A stretch of 64,000 bases of DNA, from NCBI GenBank assembly GCA_029953675.1, contig JAMWBK010000001.1, positions 2,480,001-2,544,000 of the forward strand, in the 5' to 3' direction. Origin of the DNA: Rhodosorus marinus CCMP1338. Taxonomy: Eukaryota; Plantae; Rhodophyta. This document shows, piece by piece, positions 33,293-45,000 of this stretch. A model generated the notes under the pieces. The model was not told the origin of the DNA. It saw only the letters and a list, made by a program, of their open reading frames with translations, and made no database searches. Both the position numbers and the translations under genes were made by a program. Numbering within the stretch: position 1 is the stretch's first letter; each line of letters begins with the position of its first letter.

Positions 33293-33690
33293 CGATTACC
33301 TGCCCCGTGGCCAGCGCCCACCTCACCGCAGCCGCCCGCCGCCGGGGGGCCGCGGCTTCAGCCCTTCGAAGAGTTAAGGAACGACGGTATGCTGAGAGCA
33401 TGGCCAGTCTGCCTTGCGCTGAGGGTCGCTCTCACCGGTTCCAGCCATTCATTGTGGAAAGCTTTGGTCACGTGGATAAGTCGGGTTTAGAGTGGTTGCG
33501 GAAATGTTTTGCTGAGCATCCTACTGAATATTTGGCGCTCTTGAGGCATTTAAGTGTCTCCCTTTGGCGATATTCCAGCCACATGCTTTCCGATGCGCGC
33601 CATCGGCGCCTGGGGTTGCATGCTTCCCTCCCTAGTTATTAGTTCATCTTCACGCCTTGCGTAGCGCTTCAGGCTATGCTAGTAAAGTCC
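33293..33690 (+). mobile_element. Family A1 3' end inserted into a B fragment, 13 bp TSD
   Basis: AGATCAACGTATG occurs at 33280-33292 and 33691-33703. Confidence 0.92.
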
Positions 33691-33778
33691 AGATCAACGT
33701 ATGTGAACAAGTGTCAATCATAAATCAATGAATTTGGTAATTCGTTCAATCATAGTGCTCTTGCAACACCCTGGTTGT

Positions 33779-36397
33779 GGCTCCCTTTGGGACTCCTCGT
33801 TTGAATCAGTGTTGGAAGAGCACCGCGCCGCGCCACATCCCAGTGCGCGGTTAGTGGTCAATCTGGAGGCGGTGCGTGAGTTGGTTCATGATGCTCCGAA
33901 GGGCCGTTCCCCAGGGCCCTCGGGGCTGCGGGTAGAATATCTCCGTTTCTTAAGTGATGAAGGTTTGAAGGCGTTGCCGTGGGTGGTCGAAGCGCTTGTG
34001 AATGGTGATCCCCTGTGTGAGTGTGCGTGGTTCTTGGTCGGGCGTTCGCAGTTGTGTCTGCTTTCGAAGCCCGGCCACACGGCCTCGAGCCCTGCTATTC
34101 GCCCTATTGGCCTGGTTGAGGTGGTCCGCAAATTGGCGGCGCGATGGTTAGTGAAAATCCTGGTTCCCGAATCCCGCCGTTTCTTTGGGCACGTGCAGTT
34201 AGGCGTGGGCTATCGTGGTGGCTGTGAGTTGTTATCTGTTTTACTCCGTTCGGAAATGGCGTACTCCCCAGATTCTGGGCTCCTCTCTGTAGATTTTACC
34301 AATGCGTTCAACCGCGTCTCTCGTCCGGCTCTCATGCACGTGGTGCGCGAAGTCTTCCCTGTAGGCTTTCCCTTTGTTAGTAGACTTTATTCTCCGCTTG
34401 GTCGTGGGGCTACCTATGACACCCTTGGCGCTTCCTCACACACGTTTGCGGCGCGCACAGGGGTACAACAGGGTGATCCCTTGTCCCCTTTCCTACATGC
34501 CTGTGGACTACAACTCGTCTTGCATTGTCTTCGCTCCGAATTCCCGAAGGTTCGTACAGTTGCATACCACGACGGCGTGTGCCTCCTGGGCCCCCCCGAT
34601 ACTCTAGCGCTCGCTTATGATCGTCTACGCTCCTTGGCTTCGCGGGTTGACTTGGAGGTTAATCATCACAAATCGTTCTACTGAGGAGGTGTAGCTGCAC
34701 AAGAGCAGCAGGTACCTGCGTCGTTCCAGGATATTTGGAGACCGGGTGGTTTTGTCCACTTAGGCATCCCCTACGGGTCGCCGTCCTTCGTTGAAGGCGA
34801 GTTGCTGCAGCTCCTCGGTAAGCACAGACAGCTGGTTGCAGAGCTTCGACGGCTACCTCCGGGCTTTCTCCAGTGCTCGTTGTTGCTGTTTCGGTATTGT
34901 TGCAGTCAGCGGTTAACCTATTGGCTCCGCTCACTTCCAACTCATTGGGGCCGGTGGTTGGCCACTCGTGCGGATGCTGAAAGTTTCCGTGACCTTGCGT
35001 ATTTTCTCGATGAGGAGCTGAGCGCTCTGTCGCGACCCACCTGTGATGTTGTGCGCGCCCAGGTAGGCCTCCCATTGCGATTGGGGGGACTGGGCCTCTG
35101 CAATCGTGTTGTGGTCCAACCTGCAGCTGCAGTAGGGGCCTGGGGAACCGCACTTCCCACTTTGAGCAGCTTGGATATCTCGAAGTTCCGCAATTTGATG
35201 GCGAGCCTCTCGCGGGGTGTCTTGCTTCCCAGCGTACCGGAAAGCGCCCAAGACTTGTTTCTGGAGCTCCAAACCGCCCTGAATTCCTGTACTAGTCTCC
35301 TCGAAACCGTTCAACCCCGTCTTCTTGACTGGCGAGCTGTATTTGACCGCTCTCGAGGCTCCGCCCCGGGGATTCGTCCTGCGCCTGAACCTGTTCTAGG
35401 GGAGATTGACCCAGTGGTTGCCGCAGAAGAAGAAGTTCCAGTTGATCCTCCTGATGATTCCCAGCGCGCTGGGAGCCGAGCTCAAGCACGCACGGATGCG
35501 CTGCAAAATATCCTTTCTTGGGACTTGCACCGTGCTGCATATGGCCGACTCCTCGCGCAGATGGTCTCATCTTCTCGCGCTCGCGCCCGCCTACGTAGTC
35601 TTGGAGGGGTTATTAGCTCTCAGTGGCTCATGACCGTACCAGCCTTTCCGCCACTCACACTGTCGGATTTCGAAGTGCGTACTTCACTGTGCTTATACCT
35701 CGGCTTACATCAGCCCCCCCTGGCCGTACGAGATGGGTTCGTCGTGCCCTCTCTGCTCTCAGACTGAAGACAACGCAGATTTTGGCGCCCACCTGCTCGC
35801 TAGTTGCCCGGCGGTGAAAGGTGCTCGAACCCGCCGCCACACACGGATCTTGAACCTGTTATACCGGGAACTTCGGCCTATAGTCCGGCAAGCCGGTCTG
35901 GAAATCGAACGTGAGAAACCTTTACCCGTCGCGGACTTTCAAAATGATGAACGCCGTGTAGCCGACCTGGTGATCACCTGTGACGACAGCCGCCGTACCA
36001 CATACGTTGATCTTGCTGTTCCTAACCCTCAAGCTAGTCGTTATCTCCCGGCTGCGGGGGAGCGCCGTGGATCTGCCGCCGCCAGCATGAGACGCCGCAA
36101 AGAGATCAAATACGCGGGGGCTTATTCTTCCCCTGGTGTTCGTGCTTCGGCACTAGCACATCGCTTGGTACCCCTGATCATTGAGTGCTTTGGGTTCATG
36201 GACTCTGTTGGTTCTCGCTGGCTTCGGGAGTTGTTCCGCGAACGCCCTGACCGTCTTCAATCGTTGTTTACCCGCTTAAGTTTCCTGCTGTGGCGCATGA
36301 ATGCCGCTTTGATGTTGGAGGCGCGAGTACTTCGCCGCGCTTAGTCTTTTTTTCCCCTCGGGGTTTTTTTTTCAGCCTCCGATTAAACCATTCGTTC
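33779..36397 (+). mobile_element. Family B 5'-truncated copy (2.6 kb), inactivated
   Basis: RT with YHDG in place of YHDD, a TGA at 34682 and a frameshift near 35715. It has a B 3' end. Confidence 0.9.
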
Positions 36398-36478
36398 GGT
36401 TCTTGATTGGGCGAAACAAAGAGCTCCCGTTGCGTGGTGAAGAGGAATAGAGAATACTCGCAAAATCACTGAAGGATC

Positions 36479-36889
36479 GAACGAGTGGTTTAATCGGAGG
36501 CTGAAAAAAAAACCCCGAGGGAAGAAAAAGACTAAGCGCGGCGAAGTACTCGCGCCTCCAACATCAAAGCGGCATTCATGCGCCACAGCAGGAAACTTAA
36601 GCGGGTAAACAACGATTGAAGACGGTCAGGGCGCTCGCGGAACAACTCCCGAAGCCAGCGAGAACCAACAGAGTCCATGAATCCAAAGCACTCAATGATC
36701 AGGGGTACCAAGCGATGTGCTAGTGCCGAAGCACGAACACCAGGGGAAGACAAAGCCCCCGCGTATTTGATCTCTTTGCGGCGTCTCATGCTGGCGGCGG
36801 CAGATCCACGGCGCTCCCCCGCAGCCGGGAGATAACGACTAGCTTGAGGGTTAGGAACAGCAAGATCAACGTATGTGGTACGGCGGCTG
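36479..36889 (-). mobile_element. Family B 3' end, 9 bp TSD
   Basis: TGAAGGATC occurs at 36470-36478 and 36890-36898. Confidence 0.9.
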
Positions 36890-38020
36890 TGAAGGATCAG
36901 GAGCATCTAGACACCCGCTAACCTTGTGGCTTAGTAAAACCGCCACTGTCCAGAACTGTACTCATTTTAAGAAATAGATGAGTTTGGTTTTAATTCTTTT
37001 TAGGGGTTCTATTCTTTGATTTCAGCCCAATTAAACAAATTAAACCAATCCTTTCATTAAACAATTCATTCATTGGCGCTCAACATGAAAACTCGAGCTT
37101 ATCAGCTTCATGGATCCAGAATCCCTACAGATTACTTTGTTGCAGTCCAGCAAAGCGGTCAAAGACTGAGCGACCAATTAATGTGTTAATTTCAAGTATT
37201 TCCCAAGTCTAGTGTTCTGAGATAGTTACATAGGACCATGGGGCTGAAGCTTATCAACTTCACCGAACGAGAATCCCCCATGGCCATCCAGCTTCCTCTT
37301 TTTGAATTATTTTACTTCCTTTCGTGTTTCTCTGGGGATTTGCTGACGTACTCCATTGTCTATATCTGCCAAGCATTCAATGGTGGCTTTACCAACATAA
37401 CCTGATGCGCTAAACATTCAAACAAGACTGAAACCGTCAAGGGGGGTTTCAGTCTTGTTTAGCGCATCAAAAACTAAGCAACGAATTAATGTGTTAATTT
37501 CAAGTATTTCCGAAGTCTGGTGTTCTGAGATGGTTACGTAGGAACATGAGGCTGAGCTTATCAACTTCACCGACCGGGAATCCTACATGGCCATCCAGTC
37601 TACTCTTTTTGAATTCTTTTGCTTCCTTTCGTGTTTTTCTGGTCTGGGGATTAGCTGACGTACTCCATCGTCTATCTGCTAAGCGTTCAATGCAATAGTG
37701 GTTCTACTGGTTTTTATTAGTAACAAAGTCTGATCCAAACCACCACTGGTTTTTCTTAGCATAGCCTGATGCATTCAATGAACTTGTTTGTTTGAGTGTT
37801 CCCCCGCGATAGGAGTGGTTTGTATACAATCCACCAGATTTCAACGGGTGATTTCCCTGCTGCACTACCATTCGTTCGCTGCACTACGGATCATTTTCAG
37901 AACACCTTTTTTCTAAATTCTCTCCGCAGAGCCTATTCCTCGTTGTTTTCATCCGATTCTGTTTATGAAGTTGATATCAGATTGTTTAATCAGAGGCTAA
38001 GTACCCTGATTATCCCATTA

Positions 38021-38162
38021 CCCGCTTAAGTTTCCTGCCGTACGAACGAATGGTGGCGCATGAATGCCGTTTTGATGTTGGAGGCGCGAGTTCTTCGCCG
38101 CACTTAGTCTTTTTTTCCCCTCGGGGTTTTTTCTTTCAGCCTCCGATTAAACCATCTAAGAC
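38021..38162 (+). mobile_element. Family B short 3' end, 10 bp TSD
   Basis: TATCCCATTA occurs at 38011-38020 and 38163-38172; the empty site is seen in the paralog at about 13225. Confidence 0.85.
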
Positions 38163-38273
38163 TATCCCATTATGTAAGCTGGTATCCGCGTTGAATGACA
38201 TAAAAATCCACCAACCGCTTTCGTGGAGACCAACTTAACTGAGTTTTCTGGTTGGTTTGAGATGCCCTTCATC

Positions 38274-38432
38274 GAACGCCCTGACCGTCTTCAATCGTTG
38301 TTTACCCGCTTAAGTTTCGTGCTGTGGTGCATGAATGCCGCTTTGATGTTGGAGGCGCGAGTACTTCGCCGCGCTTAGTCTTTTTTTCCCCTCGGGGTTT
38401 TTTTTTCAGCCTCCGATTAAACCATTCGTTCG
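38274..38432 (+). mobile_element. Family B short 3' end, 6 bp TSD
   Basis: TTCATC occurs at 38268-38273 and 38433-38438; the empty site is seen in the paralog at about 13331. Confidence 0.85.
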
Positions 38433-38615
38433 TTCATCATTGAATATTTTCCCCAGTTTAATCATATAAAGCCAAACATAGTGCAATTTCACATAACCCC
38501 AGTGCTCTGTGGGCTCTAGGCGTGGAGGTATTTTTTTTTGGATTGGTAGGTATCGGTTTCGTTGGTTTCCGGAAGCATTTTCAGAAGTGGCCATGATGTG
38601 CCTTGGTCATCGGTG

Positions 38616-39067
38616 ATGAACGCCGTGTAGCCGACCTGGTGATCACCTGTGACGACAGCCGCCGTACCACATACGTTGATCTTGCTGTTCCTAACCCTCA
38701 AGCTAGTCGTTATCTCCCGGCTGCGGGGGAGCGCCGTGGATCTGCCGCCGCCAGCATGAGACGCCGCAAAGAGATCAAATACGCGGGGGCTTTGTCTTCC
38801 CCTGGTGTTCGTGCTTCGGCACTAGCACATCGCTTGGTACCCCTGATCATTGAGTGCTTTGGGTTCATGGACTCTGTTGGTTCTCGCTGGCTTCGGGAGT
38901 TGTTCCGCGAACGCCCTGACCGTCTTCAATCGTTGTTTACCCGCTTAAGTTTCCTGCTGTGGCGCATGAATGCCGCTTTGATGTTGGAGGCGCGAGTACT
39001 TCGCCGCGCTTAGTCTTTTTTTCCCCTCGGGGTTTTTTTTTTCAGCCTCCGATTAAACCATTCGTTC
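38616..39067 (+). mobile_element. Family B 3' end, 11 bp TSD
   Basis: GGTCATCGGTG occurs at 38605-38615 and 39068-39078; the empty site is seen in the paralog at about 13502. Confidence 0.92.
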
Positions 39068-39389
39068 GGTCATCGGTGCGTACACTTAGATATGGCTTAG
39101 AGATTCGCTACGCACGAGGAAGTTGTTTTGTTTGCTAAACTCAATTCATGTCCCTGTTGGTTTCGGCGCTAGCTTTCGAAAAGGTCAATAGGCGTATCGT
39201 GCGTGAGAATGTGGATTTCGAGAGTGGGCCCGAAAGGGTATAAAAGAGCGAGTTCTAGAGAAACCTGTTGGGAGCAGACGAGGATGACTACAAATAATAC
39301 AGGACGAAGAGAGATACGAAGACAAATACGATTACGGTATAATCGATTGATCTGTGTGGTCGGAGTGACTGAGGGTGACAGAAACAACG

Positions 39390-40967
39390 ATGGAGAAGCG
39401 CGTGGCACTAGCGTTTGTTCTAGGATGCATTTTCATGGCTGGACTAGCGTCCGGAGTTCGTCTAAAGAAGGTGAGCAGGTTACCGCAATCAACATGCGAA
39501 AGTAAGCTGCTGCGCAGGCAGTCCGCGAGATACTTTGGGAAGCGTTGCTTTACGATCAATGACGGTGTCTACTGGCCCGGAGGTACTCTTCGTGGTACTG
39601 TATGTTCATCGACAAGGAAGGTTAACGGTAAATCGTGCCTCAAACTCACCTACAACCTTTCACGAGGAACCCTATCCCGAATTCGACTTGGAGTTTTCGG
39701 CGACTGCCAGATCCCTTTACGAAGCGAGGTCTATACCCAAGACTATCACATCCCGAACAACCCTAACAACTACGAAGTTACTGTGTGCCTCAATGACATG
39801 GTCGCTGCTAAGAACTGCTGCGATGATAAGGTCTGCATGTACCACGAAGTTCAGGGCAAAGATGGATCAAGTAGCTGGACTGGAAGGTCGTTCTTCGATG
39901 ACACTGGAGCATCTACTGGGCACCATGCAGTTCCAGAGGGAACCAACGGACGGTACATCATCGCACGTACCATGGACATCAAGTTGAACTGCGTGAATAT
40001 TATCAGAGGAACCAGTGGCGACGATAATATAATCGGAACCAAGTTTGTCGACTGGATCTACGGTTTCGGGGGCGACGACCTCTTGATCGGAGGCGGCAAG
40101 GGTGACAAAATCTGGGGAGGCAGTGGAAACGATCGTGTTCTCGGCGGAGACGGTGATGACAAGATCTTCCTGGGTAGCGGGAAGGACAAGGGAAGCGGAG
40201 AAGCTGGGAACGATCTGATCTTCGGAGAGAGTGGAAAGGATAAGATTTTCGGAAACTCAGGAGATGACACTATTAATGGAGGCTCTGACCGTGATAGAAT
40301 TTACGGTGGTGATGGCAATGACACGCTGACCGCTGGGGCTGGGGATGATTTTGTGGAAGGTGGATCTGGAACCGATGTGATTGTCGGAAACGAGGGAAGG
40401 AACCGATTGAGCGGAGGCCTTGACACCGATGTGATTCACGGTGGAAGTGGTGACGAAGTCATTTCAGGAGGTGCCGGTCACGACGAAATCAGAGGCGGAG
40501 CGGGTGATGACGAGATAACCGGTGGGGAAGGAAACGACCGGATTGACGGTGATGATGGCGATGACATCCTGTACGGAAACGAAGGACACGATATCATCAA
40601 CGGAAGGGCTGGCAACGACCATATCATTGGTGGAATTGGAGAGGACGAACTCTCCGGCTACAGCAACGAAAGCAACGGAAATAGTTTCAACGACGGGAAT
40701 GACTATATTGAAGGAGGCGAAGGAAACGACCGTATTCGGGGCAACAATGGAGATGACTACGTGATGGATCTGTACGGAGACAACATTGTGGGTGGAGATG
40801 CGGGAAATGACAGGCTCGTTTTAGGCGATGGAGAAGACAATATCAATGGGGGTACTGGAGATGATACAATCATAAGTGGAGATGGTTTTGATGAAATCGA
40901 GCCCGCCAGCGGAGACGATGTTGTAGACGGCGTGTTAATGAGCCAATTCGTTTTGGGTGCTCCCTAA
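39390..40967 (+). CDS. Secreted Cys-rich + RTX-repeat protein (525 aa), copy 2
   Basis: Intact ORF differing from copy 1 at about six residues (for example FILG/FVLG, GIFG/GVFG, SGRD/SGKD, TIDG/TING, GNDIV/GDDVV). Confidence 0.9.
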   Translation: MEKRVALAFVLGCIFMAGLASGVRLKKVSRLPQSTCESKLLRRQSARYFGKRCFTINDGVYWPGGTLRGTVCSSTRKVNGKSCLKLTYNLSRGTLSRIRLGVFGDCQIPLRSEVYTQDYHIPNNPNNYEVTVCLNDMVAAKNCCDDKVCMYHEVQGKDGSSSWTGRSFFDDTGASTGHHAVPEGTNGRYIIARTMDIKLNCVNIIRGTSGDDNIIGTKFVDWIYGFGGDDLLIGGGKGDKIWGGSGNDRVLGGDGDDKIFLGSGKDKGSGEAGNDLIFGESGKDKIFGNSGDDTINGGSDRDRIYGGDGNDTLTAGAGDDFVEGGSGTDVIVGNEGRNRLSGGLDTDVIHGGSGDEVISGGAGHDEIRGGAGDDEITGGEGNDRIDGDDGDDILYGNEGHDIINGRAGNDHIIGGIGEDELSGYSNESNGNSFNDGNDYIEGGEGNDRIRGNNGDDYVMDLYGDNIVGGDAGNDRLVLGDGEDNINGGTGDDTIISGDGFDEIEPASGDDVVDGVLMSQFVLGAP

Positions 40968-41139
40968 ACAGTACCCTAAGAGCTTTTTTTTTGTTTCAGT
41001 AGACGGTAGAAGTCGAGTAAACATACATTTGGAATTGAATTCGGAGCATTTTCACACCAACACACCTTCTTTACGAAAGCACAATAAACAGTATTCTGGA
41101 CTGCTCCCCAGAGTTTTCTAGACCCGCCCTTACTCTCTG

Positions 41140-41612
41140 GGCTTTACTGGGCTTTATTGGCCGGGATTTATTAGCATAGCCTGAAGCGCTACGCAAGGCG
41201 TAAAAAGGAGCTAAGAACTGGACTTTACTAGCATAGAACTAAGAACTAGGGAGGGAAGCGTGCAAAACCAGGCGCCGATGGCGCGCCTCGGCAAGCATGC
41301 TGCTAGAATATCGCCACAGCGCGGCACTCAAACGCCGTAAAAGCGCCAAGTACTCAGTAGGATGCTCAGCGAAACATTTCCGCAACCATTCTAAAACCGA
41401 CTTATCCACGTGATCAAAGCTTTCCACAATGCAAGGCTGGAACCGGTGGGAGCGACCCTCGACGTAGGGCAGACTGGCCATGCTCTCAGCATACCGTCGT
41501 TCCTTCACTCGTCGAAGAGCCGAAGCGGCTGCCCCTCGGCGGCGGGCGGCGGCCGTGAGGTGGGCGCTCGCCACAGGGCATGACCTCGCGATTACCTCGC
41601 GCATGACCTTGC
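41140..41612 (-). mobile_element. Family A2-type 3' end containing a 19 bp A1-tail micro-insertion
   Basis: It encodes the RLE C-terminus on the minus strand. CTAAGAACT is duplicated at 41211-41219 and 41239-41247. Confidence 0.85.
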
Positions 41613-41629
41613 GATTACATTAGTCTGGG

Positions 41630-42076
41630 GTTCTTGGTCGGGCGTTCGCAGTTGTGTCTGCTTTCGAAGCCCGGTCACACGGCCTCGAGCCCTGCTATTC
41701 GCCCTATTGGCCTGGTTGAGGTGGTCCGCAAATTGGCGGCGCGATGGTTAGTGAAAATCCTGGTTCCCGGATCCCGCCGTTTCTTTGGGCACGTGCAGTT
41801 AGGCGTGGGCTATGGTGGTGGCTGTGAGTTGTTGTCTGTTTTACTCCGCTCGGAAATGGCGTACTCCCCAGATTCTGGGCTCCTCTCTGTAGATTTTACC
41901 AATGCGTTCAACCGCGTCTCTCGTCCGGCTCTCATGCATTTTGATGTTGGAGGCGCGAGTACTTCGCCGCGCTTAGTCTTTTTTTCCCCTCGGGGTTTTT
42001 TTTTTCAGCCTCCGATTAAACCATTCGTTCATGCACGTGGTGCGCGAAGTCTTCTCTGTAGGCTTTCCCTTTGTTA
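41630..42076 (+). mobile_element. Family B internal RT fragment with an about 90 bp B 3' end inserted into it
   Basis: GRSQLCLLSK...RPALMH; (TC)ATGCA is duplicated around 41939-42030. Confidence 0.82.
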
Positions 42077-42084
42077 CGGGTTTT

Positions 42085-45000
42085 GGTTTCGTGAGGGTGT
42101 ATGGTGCTGGCTTTTGGTGGTTTTGAGTCGCAATTGTGTTCTTCGGTGGGAGGCGCTTCTTTCTGCAGCCTTTCCCCCGCATCTTCTAGTGGTGTGGTGC
42201 GTGCTGGGGGTTGCTAGCGCCCCTTGGAGGTCGTGGTGGTTTTTCTTTGGTTGCAAACGTTGGGAACAAGTTCTCTTTTTGGGGGCTTCGTGGAGGAATC
42301 GGTTTTTCACACCTTCCAATCGTTATGGTTGGGGTTTCCCCACCCATTCCGGCGGACGGAGCCGTTCTCTCAGCGCGCGTGGAGCTCTGCGTGGGCGGGT
42401 TTAGTACCGCGGCCACCCTCACGGACTGCGCTGACGAGTTAGCCCATGGGATCTGCTCGAAACTGACGAGTCTTCTTGTGACTGCTTCCCAGGAATACCG
42501 CCTGCCCCTGCTGATCGCCTATTTGGAGCGCTTCTCCGCCTCCGCGCCTGCCCCATACCCCCCGGTGCCCGTCCCCGCGGATCCGCACGGTACAGCGGGG
42601 CCTGCCTCCACCCGACCCGAGCGCTCCGCTCCGGTCATTCCTGATTCCGACTGGCCTACCCCTATTCAAGGACAGACGCCTCCTTGGCCCGCGTCGGGCC
42701 CGAATCCTGCTCCCTCCAGTGCCCCACGTGCGACCTATTCGCAGGTCCTACGCAGGGGCTCTTCTGAACAACGCACGACGGCAATGGTGCGTATGATGCC
42801 ACAACACATCCCTATTGACTCTTCTCGCCAACTATCTCCGTTCCACTTTGTTTGGATGACGAACGTGCGTCCCCAGACCCCCTCTCGTGGTCGGGGCCGC
42901 GCGCCCGTCCACTACCGCGATTTTCGCGACACCATGGCTTCCTCCCTTGGGGTCGCCCCGTCTGAATTCCTATATGTGGACTTCACGGGCCCTCATGCCT
43001 GTTTTCTTGTTACTGACTCGGCTTACCAGTTCCTTCAATCGCTTGTAACCACCCCCGCGCCCCAGCGCTCTGCTCTGGCCAACATGATACTGACTCGTCC
43101 TCATGTCTCTTTGTTTGTCGAGTTCGATCGTTTTGACGCCGGCTGGGTTCCTCCGTCGGCCTTACAAAACCTGGATGCCTCGCAGGCTTCGGTTGTCGCG
43201 CTACACACTCATGCGGCGCGGCTCTCGCGCATACAGGCGAGCCTCTTCGCGCGTTTTCCTCCTCGCGGGGTCCTCCGCACCGCGCTAGAGGCCTTCCTCT
43301 CCACTGAGGCCACCCTGCTGGAAGCTCACCCTGCGTTTGACCTTCTGCCGCCGACTCTTGAGGCACCCTTCCTCCCCTCGCCCTGTCTCCGAGGCTCGTG
43401 ACACCGACATGGCAGAAGCACCATCGGCCTCTCCGAATCCGCTGGCTCTGGACACCCTCAGTCAAGACTCCGCTGCTGAAAACCCTGTGTCTACTTTCTT
43501 CAGGTCTTTTAGTTCCTTCGTGCGCCCTCCACGTAAGCGTCGTGCGGCTCCTGAGCCTCCCTCCGAGGCACCTCCTCCGGATATTCGATCTGCCTTCCCG
43601 ACTGAGGGGAGGCCCGATGTCTGAGTCTTCCTCCTCCGCGTGCGTGTCGTCCCGGTTACCCTTGTTCACCAGTGACCGCTCAGCCTGGCATGAGCGTGTT
43701 CTCTCGTGGTTTTCGCACCTTGTCGCCTCCTACCCGGACGGTTCCCTTCCCCTTTGTCGTCAGAGCACGGCCGTACGGCTCCCTCGTCGACTTCATAAGC
43801 CCCTAGGATTGGTGTTGGATTTTCTCTGGCAGCAGGTCGCCGCGAAGCCTCACTGATCTCTTCGCTGGGAACTCTTGTTCTTTTTTCCCCGCCTCGTGCT
43901 CACCTCCTCTACCGTCCCCCTCAACCCACATCCTCGCCGGGTCCACCCTCGCCGAAAACTGCAAATGTTCCTTTCCGGCGACTTTGAGGACCTCGAACGT
44001 CTTTATTTGGACTTTACTGGACTTTACTAGCATAGCCTGAAGCGCTACGCAACTACATAGCCTGAAGCGCTACGCAAGGCGTGAAGATGAACTAATAACT
44101 AGGGAGGGAAGCATGCAACCCCAGGCGCCGATGGTGCGCCTCGGAAAGCATGTCGCTGGAATATCGCCAAAGGGAGACACTTAAACGCCTCAAGAGCGCC
44201 AAATATTCAGTAGGATGCTCAGCAAAACAGTTCCGCAACCACTCTAAACCCGACTTATCCACGTGACCAAAGCTTTCCACAATGAATGGCTGGAACCGGT
44301 GAGAGCGACCCTCAGCGCAAGGCAGACTGGCCATGCTCTCAGCATACCGTCGTTCCTTAACTCTTCGAAGGGCTGAAGCCGCGGCCCCCCGGCGGCGGGC
44401 GGCTGCGGTGAGGTGGGCGCTGGCCACGGGGCAGGTAATCGCAAGGTCCACATATGTTGAGCGTCTGGCAGCAGCGTCGGAGACGAGGAGAACGTCTTTA
44501 TTTCGCTTCTCTCTCTTCCTTTTCTCCTAGTGCTCCCTCAGCTTTTAGGGCTTCTCGACAGAATCGGGCGCGTCACGCGGTGGCAGTCGGTGATCTGCGG
44601 CGGGCAGCCGGGATCCTCCAGCAGCGGCAACCTGTGGTTCCATACTCCGATGATCTTTCTTCACCGCTCCGTTTGCTCTTTCCCTCGGAAGGCTCCCCTT
44701 GGGACTCCTCGTTTGAATCAGTGTTGGAAGAGTACCGCGCCGCGCCACATCCCAGTGCGCGGTTAGTGGTCAATCTGGAGGCGGTGCGTGAGTTGGTTCA
44801 TGATGCTCCGAAGGGCCGTTCCCCAGGGCCCTCGGGGCTGCGGGTGGAATATCTCCGTTTCTTAAGTGATGAAGGTTTGAAGGCGTTGGCGTGGGTGGTC
44901 GAAGCGCTCGTGAATGGTGATCCCCTGTGTGAGTGTGCGTAGTTCTTGGTCGGGCGTTCGCAGTTGTGTCTGCTTTCGAAGCCCGGCCACACGGCCTCGA

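Larger units (their letters stand above)
31250..41140. repeat. Segmental duplication copy 2, expanded by many retroelement insertions
   Basis: Host pieces are colinear with 11480-15525, except for an inverted piece at 32797-32894. Confidence 0.88.

Noticed and set aside
32949-33401. Chimeric ORFs across junctions (also 41634-42404, 44454-44942, 6619-7008, 61924-62331)
   Set aside because: These are accidental read-throughs across insertion boundaries, mostly with non-ATG starts.
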